NCBI GenBank assembly: GCA_051000395.1
Contig: JBPCOI010000078.1
Coordinates: 15,780-79,779 of the forward strand
Length of the DNA: 64,000 nt
Source: Jatrophihabitantaceae bacterium
GTDB taxonomy: Bacteria > Actinomycetota > Actinomycetes > Mycobacteriales > Jatrophihabitantaceae
Reading direction: 5' to 3'
Made by a program: the position numbers and the translations under genes. The notes beneath the pieces were generated by a model, which was given only the letters and a program-made list of their open reading frames with translations, did no database searches and was not told the origin of the DNA. Shown here in pieces: positions 1 through 10,777 of the stretch; the first letter of the stretch is position 1, and the number at the start of each line of letters is the position of its first letter.

Positions 1-151
1 TCGGCCAGAGCGGCCTCTGAATCTGATCGTGCAACATCCACCCCCTCTGCGGGTGCGGATGTTGCACGATCGGCGGCGGGACGGTCCACGGTGCGCTTGT
101 CGCGGATCACGACGCGGTCCGGATCGTCTGGACGGCGCTCGGCACGCTCGG

Positions 152-155
<4 letters not shown>
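1..155 (-). CDS. grpE: GrpE nucleotide-exchange factor, 5' part only (runs off window start)
   Basis: GTG at 155 overlaps the dnaK stop (GTGA). Open frame to the window edge translates [25 protein letters not shown]..., resembling the VTVTDKRRID N-terminus of actinobacterial GrpE. Canonical dnaK-grpE order. Confidence 0.55.
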
Positions 156-2041
<1,886 letters not shown>

Positions 2042-2131
2042 GGTTGCTCCTTGATTGACGTTGGTGGGTTGAGGCCGGGGTGCCTGTGATCGTCGCCGAC
2101 CACCGGTGACATCGCGGCGTCTATCAAGACA

Positions 2132-2152
2132 ACTGAGTCGGAGCCGCTCAAG
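2132..2152 (-). promoter_or_regulatory. HAIR-like HspR operator upstream of dnaK
   Basis: On the dnaK strand reads CTTGAGC-N7-ACTCAGT, 11/14 match to the HspR-associated inverted repeat CTTGAGT-N7-ACTCAAG. Lies 91-111 nt upstream of the dnaK ATG. Confidence 0.5.
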
Positions 2153-2195
2153 TTCCGTCGGTGGTTGTGATCTGTGTCACAGCCGTTCTGGGACT

Positions 2196-2221
2196 GCCCG
2201 TCCGCTCTGGTGGGGACGGGC
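2196..2221 (-). terminator. Hairpin abutting the stop of the upstream minus-strand gene
   Basis: 8-bp perfect stem gcccgtcc (2196-2203) / ggacgggc (2214-2221) with a 10-nt loop, directly after stop codon 2222-2224. No clear U-tract. Confidence 0.3.
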
Positions 2222-3811
2222 TCAGGAGCCGAGCAGGCCGCCGAGGCTGCCGCCCAGTACGTACACGCCGGGAGCGGTGGTGCGCAGGGACGTCCACCCG
2301 GCGCCGTCGTCGCTCACGCTCGCCGCCAGGTTCGTGCTGCGTTCCGCGGCGTGCAGGAACTTCGACCACCGCACTCGGACCGTCACCGCGCAGGTGCACG
2401 GAACCGCCACCGTCACCTGCGCCTGACTGGCGGAGACCATCGACGCCGGCGGGGCCACGATCGGGGTCGGGCGCACGACGCGGAACAGCTGCCAGTCCGT
2501 GGTCTGCCAGATCGGCACCAGGTAAGGCAGTGACGCGGTCTCGACGAGGTGGTACTCGGCGTCGTTGCTGACGCTCAACGCGGGCATCGCGACGTAGCCG
2601 ACCGCGTTGTTCTCCAGCCACACCTTGTACGTGGTGGCGTCCAGGTGCTTGCCCTGGATCGCGCCGTTGAGCTCGTTGTCCTCCTGAGTCTCCCAGCCGC
2701 GCGCCAGGGCGGCGTGGTTCAGCAATGCGTCATAGGCCGCGTGCGCCCCGTGGTTGACCACCTCGACGCGGTACTTCTGCAGCCCGCTGATGCTGTCCAG
2801 CTCGGTGGCCAGCGGCTGGTAGTAGCCGACGGAGGAGACCGGGTTGCCGGCATTGCGCAGGTCGACGATCGTCCCGCTCGTGCCGGTGAGCAGCAGCGGG
2901 AAGGCCACCAGGACCAGGATCCAGGTACGGAACGCGCTCAGCGCGACCACGGCGACCGGCAGACAGAACCAGACGATGCGCGCGACGTTGGAGCCCATGC
3001 CGTTCGGGAAAGTGGCGAGTACGAGGGTCGCGATCAGCGACACCCAGATCGTGGTGCGCAGCCAGACGGGCGGGCGCGCCAGCAGGAGCAGCAGCAGTCC
3101 GGCAACGGCCTCCAGCTTCAGCGTGCCGGAGAACGGTTCGGGGCCGGGCGTGCCGAAGACCAGGCCGACGGCGCCGAGCCCGACACCGATCGCGACGATC
3201 GTGATCCACGCGATGCGGCGGTAGTCGCGATAGGAGATGAACACGCCCGACAGGCCCATGGCCAGGAACACGCCCGTCACCGGGGAGGCGAGGATGCTGA
3301 GCAGGCCGAGCAGCACGGCTGCCGTCAGCCTGCGGTTGCGCACGCAGATCAGCGCGCCGATCGCGATGGCCGCGCCGAACAGGAACGGCACGCGTCCGCT
3401 CCACAGGTTGACGGCCGCGGCGTAGGCGGCGATGGCGGTGCCGGCCAGCGGGTGCGCAGTGCCGCGCAGCAGCGGCATACACAGCAGCGGGATCGCCACC
3501 GCGGACAGGGCCGCCAGCAGCTCGGTGGTGATCAGCGCGGACAGGTAGGGGGTCAGCACCGAGTAGTTGCCCGGCGTGGATCCGCCACCGAACCACGAGA
3601 ACCAGTACGTCAGGCCGACACCGTTCTGCACCGCAGAGGCACGTGCCCGCGCGGCCCACAGATCGTTGACGTCAGGCCGCACCACCAAGAACGCGATCGC
3701 GTTCAGCGCCGCCAATACCAACGGCGCGAACCGCCCGAGAGCGTTCAGCCCACCGGCTGGTTGCCGGGCTAGCCGCAGCCCGCCCAGCCTGCCCTCGGCG
3801 ACTGCGGTCAC
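2222..3811 (-). CDS. Polytopic membrane protein with C-terminal extracytoplasmic domain (GT-C-like glycosyltransferase candidate)
   Basis: Only the last ~530 codons of the 744-aa track ORF are credible. The upstream part overlaps the DUF4012 gene and is Arg/Pro-rich. GTG at 3811. Roughly 10-12 hydrophobic segments, then a ~200-aa soluble domain. Confidence 0.6.
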   Translation of the reverse strand: MTAVAEGRLGGLRLARQPAGGLNALGRFAPLVLAALNAIAFLVVRPDVNDLWAARARASAVQNGVGLTYWFSWFGGGSTPGNYSVLTPYLSALITTELLAALSAVAIPLLCMPLLRGTAHPLAGTAIAAYAAAVNLWSGRVPFLFGAAIAIGALICVRNRRLTAAVLLGLLSILASPVTGVFLAMGLSGVFISYRDYRRIAWITIVAIGVGLGAVGLVFGTPGPEPFSGTLKLEAVAGLLLLLLARPPVWLRTTIWVSLIATLVLATFPNGMGSNVARIVWFCLPVAVVALSAFRTWILVLVAFPLLLTGTSGTIVDLRNAGNPVSSVGYYQPLATELDSISGLQKYRVEVVNHGAHAAYDALLNHAALARGWETQEDNELNGAIQGKHLDATTYKVWLENNAVGYVAMPALSVSNDAEYHLVETASLPYLVPIWQTTDWQLFRVVRPTPIVAPPASMVSASQAQVTVAVPCTCAVTVRVRWSKFLHAAERSTNLAASVSDDGAGWTSLRTTAPGVYVLGGSLGGLLGS

Positions 3812-3912
3812 CGGCCCATGGTCGCACAGGACGGCGCTGCGACGGCCGCGCGCGCTGCGCGGGCGCCCGGTTGCGTGCCGATCTCTTCCACTTCCAACCT
3901 CGGCGGGACGGC

Positions 3913-5652
3913 TCAGCCGCAGCGGGCGTCGTGGATGCTCACCTTCAGCGGGCGCACGAGCGGTTGGCGCAGCACGATCGGCGAGCCGGAGCCGGCCGGC
4001 TCGATCAGGTTCAGCACCACCGTCTGCGTCTGGCCGCGGGGGAGTTGGAGGTCGACGGTGAACACCGGATGCCCGAGCTCCGAGCCGCTCTGGGCGCCGG
4101 CCTGCTTGCCGTTCACAGAGATGCCGGTCAGCTGCGCACCGTGCGTCGCGAAGTAGCCGATGAGCAGCCGGTTGTCGCCGGGCCGCGCGGGGTAGCCGCG
4201 GATGCCGGTACGGCCGAGGACGTACTTCGGCAGCCCGCTCGGCGCGTCGTTGCGCACGGTGAGCGTGACGGCGACCCGACGAGTCGCGCCGCAGCCGTAC
4301 CGGTTCCAGTCCACCGAGGCGTCGACGTAGTAGTCCAGCTTGTTTCCCGCCGCGTTGTTGATCGACAACCCCAGGTAGGGAGCGCTGGTCTCGGCGACGA
4401 TCCCGCCGAGCGCGGTCTTCGCCAGCTCGGCCTCCGCGGCCGGATCGGTGCTCCACAGCATGATCCGCCGCTCGCTGGCGGCCCGACCGGCCGCGCGCAG
4501 GAGCCCGGTGGTGCCGGACCCGTTGTCGAGCAGGTGCTTGCTGATCGAGCGGGCGACCGCAATCAGGTACTGCTTACGCGCGATCTGGTTGTCGAACTGT
4601 GCGTAGACGGTGCGCTGGGTCAGCGCGACGACATTGCTCGCGCTGACCTGCGATCCGTCCGGCAGCCTCGCCGGCCCGGTGACCTTGAGCACGTAACTCA
4701 GCGCGGTGGGATCGATCGCCATCGCGCCGGCGAGCTGCTGGCCGCTGTACTTCTTCCACATCGCGATCCAGATCTGTGCCGCGTAGGGGAAGTTCGGGCT
4801 CACGTTGCTGTCGGAGTACTCCTGGGTCGCCTTCGCGCCTGCGTAGAGCTGGTCGTAGGCGGGCCCGAAGTCCAGACCCGAGGTGACGCCGCTGAGCGCG
4901 GAGTCGCTTTCGAAGCGGGTGAAGCTGAGCTTTCCGTGATCGGCCTTCGCGATGACGAATGCGCCGGGAAGCCCGCCGGTTCCCCGCAGCTCGGCCTCGG
5001 TCTCGAACGAGATCAGGTAACTGCGCGGGCCGTCCTGGCCGAGCAGACCCGGGGCGATCCGGGCGGCCAGCTCAGCCGAGCGCACGGTGCGAGTGAAGGA
5101 GGCGAGCTGGGTTATCGCGTCGCTGCGCGCGCTGTCGATGGACGACAGCCAGGTGTGCCCGGGGAGCCCGCGTACCGAGTTCGAGACGGTGGCCATGACC
5201 GTGGACGCCCGATCGAGCACCGGCACGACCGCTGCGATCGGCGCGAGGTCGATGCTGCCGTCGCTCTGGCGCAGCTTGTGCGGGTCGAGCTGCTCGCTCG
5301 CGTCGACGAGCTGGGGCAGTACGTCCTCGCCTAGCACGTCGAGCCCGGCCGTGATCCCCCGGATCGTGCGGACCGGCTCGCCGCCGCCGGGAAGCTCGGC
5401 TGCCAGCACCCACACCGGACCCGTGGTCAGGCTGTGCGCGCGGTGGGCATGCCCGCGCACCTGCGCAGCCGTGACGCGGGCCGCCGACAGGTCCCCGGCC
5501 GAGATCTGCGCGCGCAGGCGATGCACCTCGGCGCGGACCTGGTCGAGCTGACTGCGGGCCATCAGGCCGGTGACGATCAGCCAGGCTCCGGCGAGCACGA
5601 TCAGAGCACCGAGGACGAGCATCGCCAGCCCGATCCGCCGGCGGCGGCGCAA
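3913..5652 (-). CDS. DUF4012 domain membrane-anchored protein
   Basis: R-rich N-terminus plus TM helix (IGLAMLVLGALIVLAGAWLIV), a helical region, then the FETEAELRGTGGLPGAF core as I recall for DUF4012 proteins that accompany actinobacterial cell-wall glycan loci. Confidence 0.8.
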   Translation of the reverse strand: MRRRRRIGLAMLVLGALIVLAGAWLIVTGLMARSQLDQVRAEVHRLRAQISAGDLSAARVTAAQVRGHAHRAHSLTTGPVWVLAAELPGGGEPVRTIRGITAGLDVLGEDVLPQLVDASEQLDPHKLRQSDGSIDLAPIAAVVPVLDRASTVMATVSNSVRGLPGHTWLSSIDSARSDAITQLASFTRTVRSAELAARIAPGLLGQDGPRSYLISFETEAELRGTGGLPGAFVIAKADHGKLSFTRFESDSALSGVTSGLDFGPAYDQLYAGAKATQEYSDSNVSPNFPYAAQIWIAMWKKYSGQQLAGAMAIDPTALSYVLKVTGPARLPDGSQVSASNVVALTQRTVYAQFDNQIARKQYLIAVARSISKHLLDNGSGTTGLLRAAGRAASERRIMLWSTDPAAEAELAKTALGGIVAETSAPYLGLSINNAAGNKLDYYVDASVDWNRYGCGATRRVAVTLTVRNDAPSGLPKYVLGRTGIRGYPARPGDNRLLIGYFATHGAQLTGISVNGKQAGAQSGSELGHPVFTVDLQLPRGQTQTVVLNLIEPAGSGSPIVLRQPLVRPLKVSIHDARCG

Positions 5653-5833
5653 GGTCCGCTTCTTGCGCCGCGAGACCTTGACCCGGCGCCCGGCCGCGGC
5701 TCCGCGTTCACCGGTGAGCGGCGGCTGTTCCCAGTCCGGCCCGGCGAACGGGTCAGCCGCTGCGTCGGGCGCCTAGGGGTCCGGGTCGGGTGCGGCGTAG
5801 TCGATGCGCTGCTCCTCGGTCATGGCACAAGAC

Positions 5834-5875
5834 AGCGATCAGGGCGGCCGCGCGATGCGGGCCGCCCTGATCGCT
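5834..5875 (-). terminator. Intrinsic terminator after the LAXTG-protein gene
   Basis: 16-bp perfect stem agcgatcagggcggcc (5834-5849) / ggccgccctgatcgct (5860-5875) with a 10-nt loop, 28 nt past the stop at 5903. The transcript continues GUCUUGUG. Confidence 0.6.
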
Positions 5876-5902
5876 GGAAGGGTCGAGTCAGGCGCTCGAG
5901 GC

Positions 5903-6424
5903 TCAGGCGGTTGCCTTGCGGCGCTTGCCGGCCAGCAGCATCACGCCACCGCCGACGAGCAGCAGCACGCCGAGCACGCCGATGCCGATGACCGCCGCAC
6001 CAGTGCCGGCCAGGTTGCCGCCACCGCCGCCGGTACCTCCACCGCCACCGCCGCCGCCGCCGCTCGAGGTGGTGATGGTGATGTCAGCAGATGCCGTGCC
6101 GGCGGAGTTGGTACCGCAGATCTTCTGCGCGCCGGTGACTCCGGCTGGCAGCGTGACGCCCTGGGTGAACGCCCCGGTCGAATCGGCCTGCGCGGTGCCG
6201 AGGCTCGACGTGGTCGAGCACAGCGTCAGGTTCACGGTGCCCGGCGTGAAGCCGTTGCCGAACACGGTAACCGAGCCGCCCTCCGGCGCGGTGCTGGAAC
6301 TCAGGCTCAGGCTCGGCCCGGTTCCTGGCGGGTATGCCGATGCCGAAGCGCTGAACGCGAGCGTGGCCGCGATCATCCCGAGCACCGCGATCAGGGCCGC
6401 GATCGGCCGCTTACTTACTGACAT
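5903..6424 (-). CDS. Secreted Ig/IPT-like surface protein with LAXTG cell-wall sorting signal
   Basis: Signal peptide (...AFSASASA), ~95-aa beta-rich domain, poly-Gly linker. Then LAGTG + hydrophobic helix + KRRK tail, which is the class E sortase type of sorting signal. GGGGGGA RBS before ATG 6424. Confidence 0.75.
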   Translation of the reverse strand: MSVSKRPIAALIAVLGMIAATLAFSASASAYPPGTGPSLSLSSSTAPEGGSVTVFGNGFTPGTVNLTLCSTTSSLGTAQADSTGAFTQGVTLPAGVTGAQKICGTNSAGTASADITITTSSGGGGGGGGGTGGGGGNLAGTGAAVIGIGVLGVLLLVGGGVMLLAGKRRKATA

Positions 6425-6794
6425 TGGATCCCCCCAAGTTTCGTAGATCCTTCACCGCGCATCAAACGGAGTTCGAATGCACCGTCTGGCTCGGCTGGAC
6501 CGAACCCTAGCGGAGATCGGGTCCGGGGGAAAGCGGCAATATCCTGCCTCGGTTTCCTGGCACTGAATCGCCGGGTCCCGATCCGGATCGTGCGTGCATC
6601 CGGCCCATGTGAGCCACCTGTCACGTCCACGCCGTCAGCGAAATTCAGACGGGCAGGCGATGCCGTGTCACGGTCACCTTTGCATGGGGCAGCTACTTGC
6701 CAGATCAACGATTTGGGCCTAGCTTCTCCCCTGATCGACAACGCGCGGAGCCGGACTCAGCTCACGGTAGGCCGCGGCTCGCAAGGGAGCGGAC

Positions 6795-8636
6795 GTGGTG
6801 GACAAGGCGTTCCCGTCGGGGGACACCGACGGGCAGCAAGCCGTCAGCACCTCCTACGCCAGTTACTCGGCCATCCTCACCGACGTCGTGGTGTGGCTGC
6901 TCGCCACCGAACTGGCGACCCTGGCACGCTACGACTTCGAACTCAATCACGTGCACTGGGAGATCATCTCCGTTCTCGCCCTGATGCTGGCCGGTGGTCA
7001 GCTGATCCTCGGCGCGTTCGTGCTGCTGTACCGGGGCCGTTACCAGGCAGGCAGCTTCGACGAGATGCGCGCTGTCGCCGTGTCGGTGACGGCCGTGTCG
7101 GTCATCGCGTCCGCCATAGTGCTCGCCGTCCAGCCGCCGTCGATCCCGCGCAGCGTGCCGTTCCTGATCTGGCCGCTGGCGCTGATGGGGATGGCCGCGG
7201 TCCGCTTCGTCAAGCGGATCATCTCGCAAGGCGGCCAACGGCCTAGCGGCGACGTGGAGCGCATCCTGATCTTCGGCGCGGGATGGGTCGGCTCGGCGCT
7301 GGCGTTGCGGATGATCCGCGATCCCCGTTCACCGTTCCTCCCGGTGGGTTTCGTCGACGACGACCCGGGCAAGCGCAACCTGCAGATGCACGGCATCCGG
7401 GTGTACGGGAAGTTCAGCGACCTGGCGAAGGTCGCGGCGCGCCTGGACGCGAACCGGGTGGTGATCGCGGTCAACGCCGCCGACGCCGCGCTGATCCGCA
7501 AGGTCTCCGACAAGGCCGACGAGGCCGGCATCGCCTGCATGGTGCTGCCCACGCTGTCGGACACTCTGCGCGCGCCGCAGGTGCAACTGTCGGCGCTGCG
7601 CAACGTGGACGTGCAGGACGTCATCGGCCGCCGTCCGGTCGACACGGACATCCGCTCCATCGCCGACTACGTCACCGGACGCCGCGTGCTGGTGACCGGC
7701 GCGGGCGGCTCCATCGGCTCGGAGCTGTGCCGCCAGCTGCACAAGTTCGGCCCGTCCGAACTGGTGATGCTCGACCGCGACGAGTCCGCACTGCATGCCG
7801 TCGAGCTGTCGATCTACGGGCGGGCCCTGCTCGAGTCGCCGGAGCTCGTCCTGGTCGACATCCGCGACCAGGACTCGCTGCGCGAGGTGTTCGTCGAGCA
7901 CCAGCCGCACGTCGTGTTCCACGCCGCCGCGTTGAAGCACCTGACGCTGCTCGAGCGCTATCCCGGCGAGGCGCTCAAGAGCAACGTGTTCGGCACGCTG
8001 AACGTGCTCGAGGCTGCCGCGTCGGTCGGGGTCGAGCACTTCGTGAACATCTCGACCGACAAGGCAGCGAACCCCACGAGCGCCCTCGGGCACTCCAAGC
8101 GCCTCGCCGAGCACCTGACGGCGTGGTTCGCTCAGCACGACGCGTGCGGCAAGTACCTGTCGGTGCGCTTCGGCAACGTGCTCGGCAGCCGCGGGTCGGT
8201 GCTGCACTCCTTCGCCGCGCAGATCGAGGACGGCGGACCGGTGACCGTCACCGATCCCGAGGTCACCCGCTTCTTCATGACGATCCCGGAGGCCTGCCAG
8301 CTGGTGATCCAGGCCGGGGCGATCGGCCGCGGTGGCGAGGCGCTCGTACTCGACATGGGCGAGCCGGTGAAGATCGTGGACGTCGCCAATCGGATGATCG
8401 CGATGTCGGGCAAGGACGTCGAAGTGGTGTTCACCGGCTTGCGCGAAGGCGAGAAACTGCACGAGGAACTGCTCGGCGACGGCGAAGCGGGTATCCGGCC
8501 GCTGCACCCAATGATCTCCCACGTCGTCGTGCCGCCGATCGATCCGGCACGCATCGAGAGCCAGCCGTGGACCCGGCGCGTCCAGCGCGCCCAGCGGTTG
8601 GCGGCACAGGCGCAACTGCAGGCCTCGCTGCGCTGA
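6795..8636 (+). CDS. Membrane-bound UDP-HexNAc 4,6-dehydratase (PglF/WbpM/CapD family)
   Basis: 613 aa. N-terminal TM helices then SDR domains. VLVTGAGGSIGSEL nucleotide motif and VRFGNVLGSRGSV. Confidence 0.9.
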   Translation: MVDKAFPSGDTDGQQAVSTSYASYSAILTDVVVWLLATELATLARYDFELNHVHWEIISVLALMLAGGQLILGAFVLLYRGRYQAGSFDEMRAVAVSVTAVSVIASAIVLAVQPPSIPRSVPFLIWPLALMGMAAVRFVKRIISQGGQRPSGDVERILIFGAGWVGSALALRMIRDPRSPFLPVGFVDDDPGKRNLQMHGIRVYGKFSDLAKVAARLDANRVVIAVNAADAALIRKVSDKADEAGIACMVLPTLSDTLRAPQVQLSALRNVDVQDVIGRRPVDTDIRSIADYVTGRRVLVTGAGGSIGSELCRQLHKFGPSELVMLDRDESALHAVELSIYGRALLESPELVLVDIRDQDSLREVFVEHQPHVVFHAAALKHLTLLERYPGEALKSNVFGTLNVLEAAASVGVEHFVNISTDKAANPTSALGHSKRLAEHLTAWFAQHDACGKYLSVRFGNVLGSRGSVLHSFAAQIEDGGPVTVTDPEVTRFFMTIPEACQLVIQAGAIGRGGEALVLDMGEPVKIVDVANRMIAMSGKDVEVVFTGLREGEKLHEELLGDGEAGIRPLHPMISHVVVPPIDPARIESQPWTRRVQRAQRLAAQAQLQASLR

Positions 8637-8736
8637 GCGGAATCCGCTTGAGGCGCGCACGGCAGCACGTCCCTGCCAGGAGTCGATTGCGCGGGCGCGG
8701 GTACCGTGTCGAAGTGGCTTCGACACGACCGTCCGG

Positions 8737-9522
8737 GTGGCTCGGATGAGGCGACCGTTGCGCCGACGCACTGACTTGGTCGTCCTCCTGGTCGCCGTCC
8801 TCGTCCTCGTCGGTGTCCTGCTCTACGCATTGCACCGGACGTCGGCGAAGAAGACGACGGGGACACCGGCGGCGTGGGTCACCGACACCTTCCAGCGCCC
8901 GGACGGCAGTCTGGCCGGCCAGAACGTCGCCGGGCGTACCTATGCCATCCAGTTCGATCACGCGAATACGCAGCTCGTCATCCGCAACGGCCGGCTGGTG
9001 CGCGGCAACCCGGCGCACTACGGGCCGAAGGGCGCGCCGGTCCTGATCGTGCCGAACCCGACCGAGCCCGGCGTGGTGGCCGAGCGGTACGTGTTCACCG
9101 CGGGTCAGACGATGAACGAGAACGTCGTCGTCGGCGCGTGCGCGACGGCGTTCGGTGCCAGCTCCATCCAGCTGGCCGTCTACCCCGATCACTGGCTGCT
9201 CTACTACACGTTGAAAGTGCCGCCACCCGGTACGGGCGCTCTCGTTCACGAGCTTGCGACCGGCACGTTCCCCCACCCGCTCGCGACAGACGGGCGCACC
9301 GTGTACCAGAGCGCGATGCGGGTGGACCTGCCGAACTCCTCGGTCACCGTCGAGTACCCGGGCGGGTCGCGGACGGTCACGAACCCGGTCATCGCGCAGT
9401 ACTGGGGCAAGCTGATGGGCATCCAGATCCGGCATCCCCAGCCGACGGACGGTGACGTGCAGATCCTGGCCATCCAGGACGGCCCGACCTCGCTGCAGCC
9501 GTTCGCCGCAGGGCCGAAGTAA
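8737..9522 (+). CDS. Membrane-anchored protein, paralogue 1 of an unrecognised ~200-aa beta-rich domain family
   Basis: N-terminal TM (LVVLLVAVLVLVGVLLYAL). The domain aligns along its full length with ORFs 25558-26571 and 26692-27621. High third-position GC. Confidence 0.7.
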   Translation: MARMRRPLRRRTDLVVLLVAVLVLVGVLLYALHRTSAKKTTGTPAAWVTDTFQRPDGSLAGQNVAGRTYAIQFDHANTQLVIRNGRLVRGNPAHYGPKGAPVLIVPNPTEPGVVAERYVFTAGQTMNENVVVGACATAFGASSIQLAVYPDHWLLYYTLKVPPPGTGALVHELATGTFPHPLATDGRTVYQSAMRVDLPNSSVTVEYPGGSRTVTNPVIAQYWGKLMGIQIRHPQPTDGDVQILAIQDGPTSLQPFAAGPK

Positions 9523-9634
9523 GCGCCTCCCAACCCTTGCGCCGCAACGATTGCGAGTGTGGTTCGATACTGGCGGCTACGGGAGGACTGGAAGACGTGA
9601 TCCTGCGGGCACAACCGGCGGCTTCGTGCCGTCG

Positions 9635-10777
9635 ATGAAGGTACTGACCGTCGTCGGGACGCGGCCGGAGATCATCAGGCTGTCCCGGGTGATCACCCGG
9701 CTGGAGCGCGAGACCGAGCACCGCCTCGTCCACACCGGGCAGAACTGGGATCCGCAGCTGAGCGCCGTGTTCTTCGCCGAACTCGGCCTGCGCCAGCCCG
9801 ACCACTGGCTCGAGGTACCCGTCACCTCCGTGGGCGCCGTCCTCGGTGGCGTGCTTGCCGGTATCGAACCCGTGCTGCACGCCGAACGTCCCGACGCGGT
9901 GCTCGTGCTCGGCGACACGAACAGCGCCATCGCGGCGGTGATGGCCAAGCGGCTGGGCATCCCGGTGTTCCACATGGAAGCCGGCAACAGGTGCTTCGAC
10001 GAGAACGTGCCGGAGGAGACGAACCGGCGCATCATCGACCACACCGCGGACTTCAACCTCTGCTACACCGAGCACGCCCGGCGCAACCTGCTCGCCGAGG
10101 GACTGCCGACCCGGCGCGTCTTCGTGACCGGTTCGCCGATGGCCGAGGTGCTCGCCGCCTACGACGAGCAGATCGAGGCGTCGACCGTGTTGGACCGGCT
10201 CGGGCTCGACGCCGGCGGGTACTACCTCGTGTCGATGCACCGCGAGGAGAACGTCGACGACCCCGAGCACCTCGACATCCTCGTGCGAGCGGTCAGCGAG
10301 CTCGCCGACGGCTCCGGCCTGCGCGTCGTGGTCAGCACGCATCCGCGGCTGCGCAAGCGATTGGCCGCGCGCGGCACGGTCGAGCACGACGCGGTGCAGT
10401 TCCTGGAGCCGTTCGGATTCCTCGACTACAACAAGCTGCAACGCAACGCGCGCTGCGTGCTCTCCGACAGCGGCACGATCAGCGAGGAGTCGGCGATCAC
10501 CGGCTTCCCGGCAGTGACCATCCGCAACGCACTGGAACGCCCGGAGGCGCTCGACGCCGGCTCGATCGTGCTGAGCGGGGTGGACGCCGGCAGTATCCGC
10601 CGCTGTGTCGAGCTGGCGACCAGCCAGTGGGACGAGGGGTGGCGCCCGAGCGTGCCGCGCGACTACCTGGTGCCGGACTGCTCGGTCCGCGTCAGCCGGC
10701 TGATCTGCGGGCTGGGCGCGGTGCACGCCAACTGGTTGGGGTTGCGGCCCAAGCCCTGGCGGGAGCTGGGCGGCTGA
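9635..10777 (+). CDS. fnlC: UDP-2-acetamido-2,6-dideoxy-L-talose / UDP-GlcNAc 2-epimerase, CapG/FnlC/WbjD type
   Basis: ATG 9635; the upstream part of the track ORF is an extension. MKVLTVVGTRPEIIRLSRVI...HTGQNWD matches the CapG/FnlC subgroup (HTGQNYD) rather than WecB. Confidence 0.88.
   Translation: MKVLTVVGTRPEIIRLSRVITRLERETEHRLVHTGQNWDPQLSAVFFAELGLRQPDHWLEVPVTSVGAVLGGVLAGIEPVLHAERPDAVLVLGDTNSAIAAVMAKRLGIPVFHMEAGNRCFDENVPEETNRRIIDHTADFNLCYTEHARRNLLAEGLPTRRVFVTGSPMAEVLAAYDEQIEASTVLDRLGLDAGGYYLVSMHREENVDDPEHLDILVRAVSELADGSGLRVVVSTHPRLRKRLAARGTVEHDAVQFLEPFGFLDYNKLQRNARCVLSDSGTISEESAITGFPAVTIRNALERPEALDAGSIVLSGVDAGSIRRCVELATSQWDEGWRPSVPRDYLVPDCSVRVSRLICGLGAVHANWLGLRPKPWRELGG

Noticed and set aside
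3812-4456. N-terminal 215 codons of the 744-aa track ORF 2222-4456
   Set aside because: They overlap the 3' end of the DUF4012 gene in another frame and translate to Arg/Pro/Gly-rich low-complexity sequence. A GTG at 3811 gives a sensible membrane-protein N-terminus.
6455-6475. T-loop-like string GGAGTTCGAATGC that might indicate a tRNA
   Set aside because: No acceptor stem, anticodon arm or D-arm can be built around it. No other tRNA-like element was seen in the window.
7329-8771. 480-aa minus-strand ORF (and 7283-8749 plus-strand alternative frame) over the CapD/PglF-like gene
   Set aside because: These are antisense or off-frame products of a gene with clear family motifs. The composition is typical of GC-rich shadow frames.
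9389-10726. 445-aa minus-strand ORF opposite fnlC
   Set aside because: Shadow ORF. fnlC matches the CapG/FnlC family end to end.
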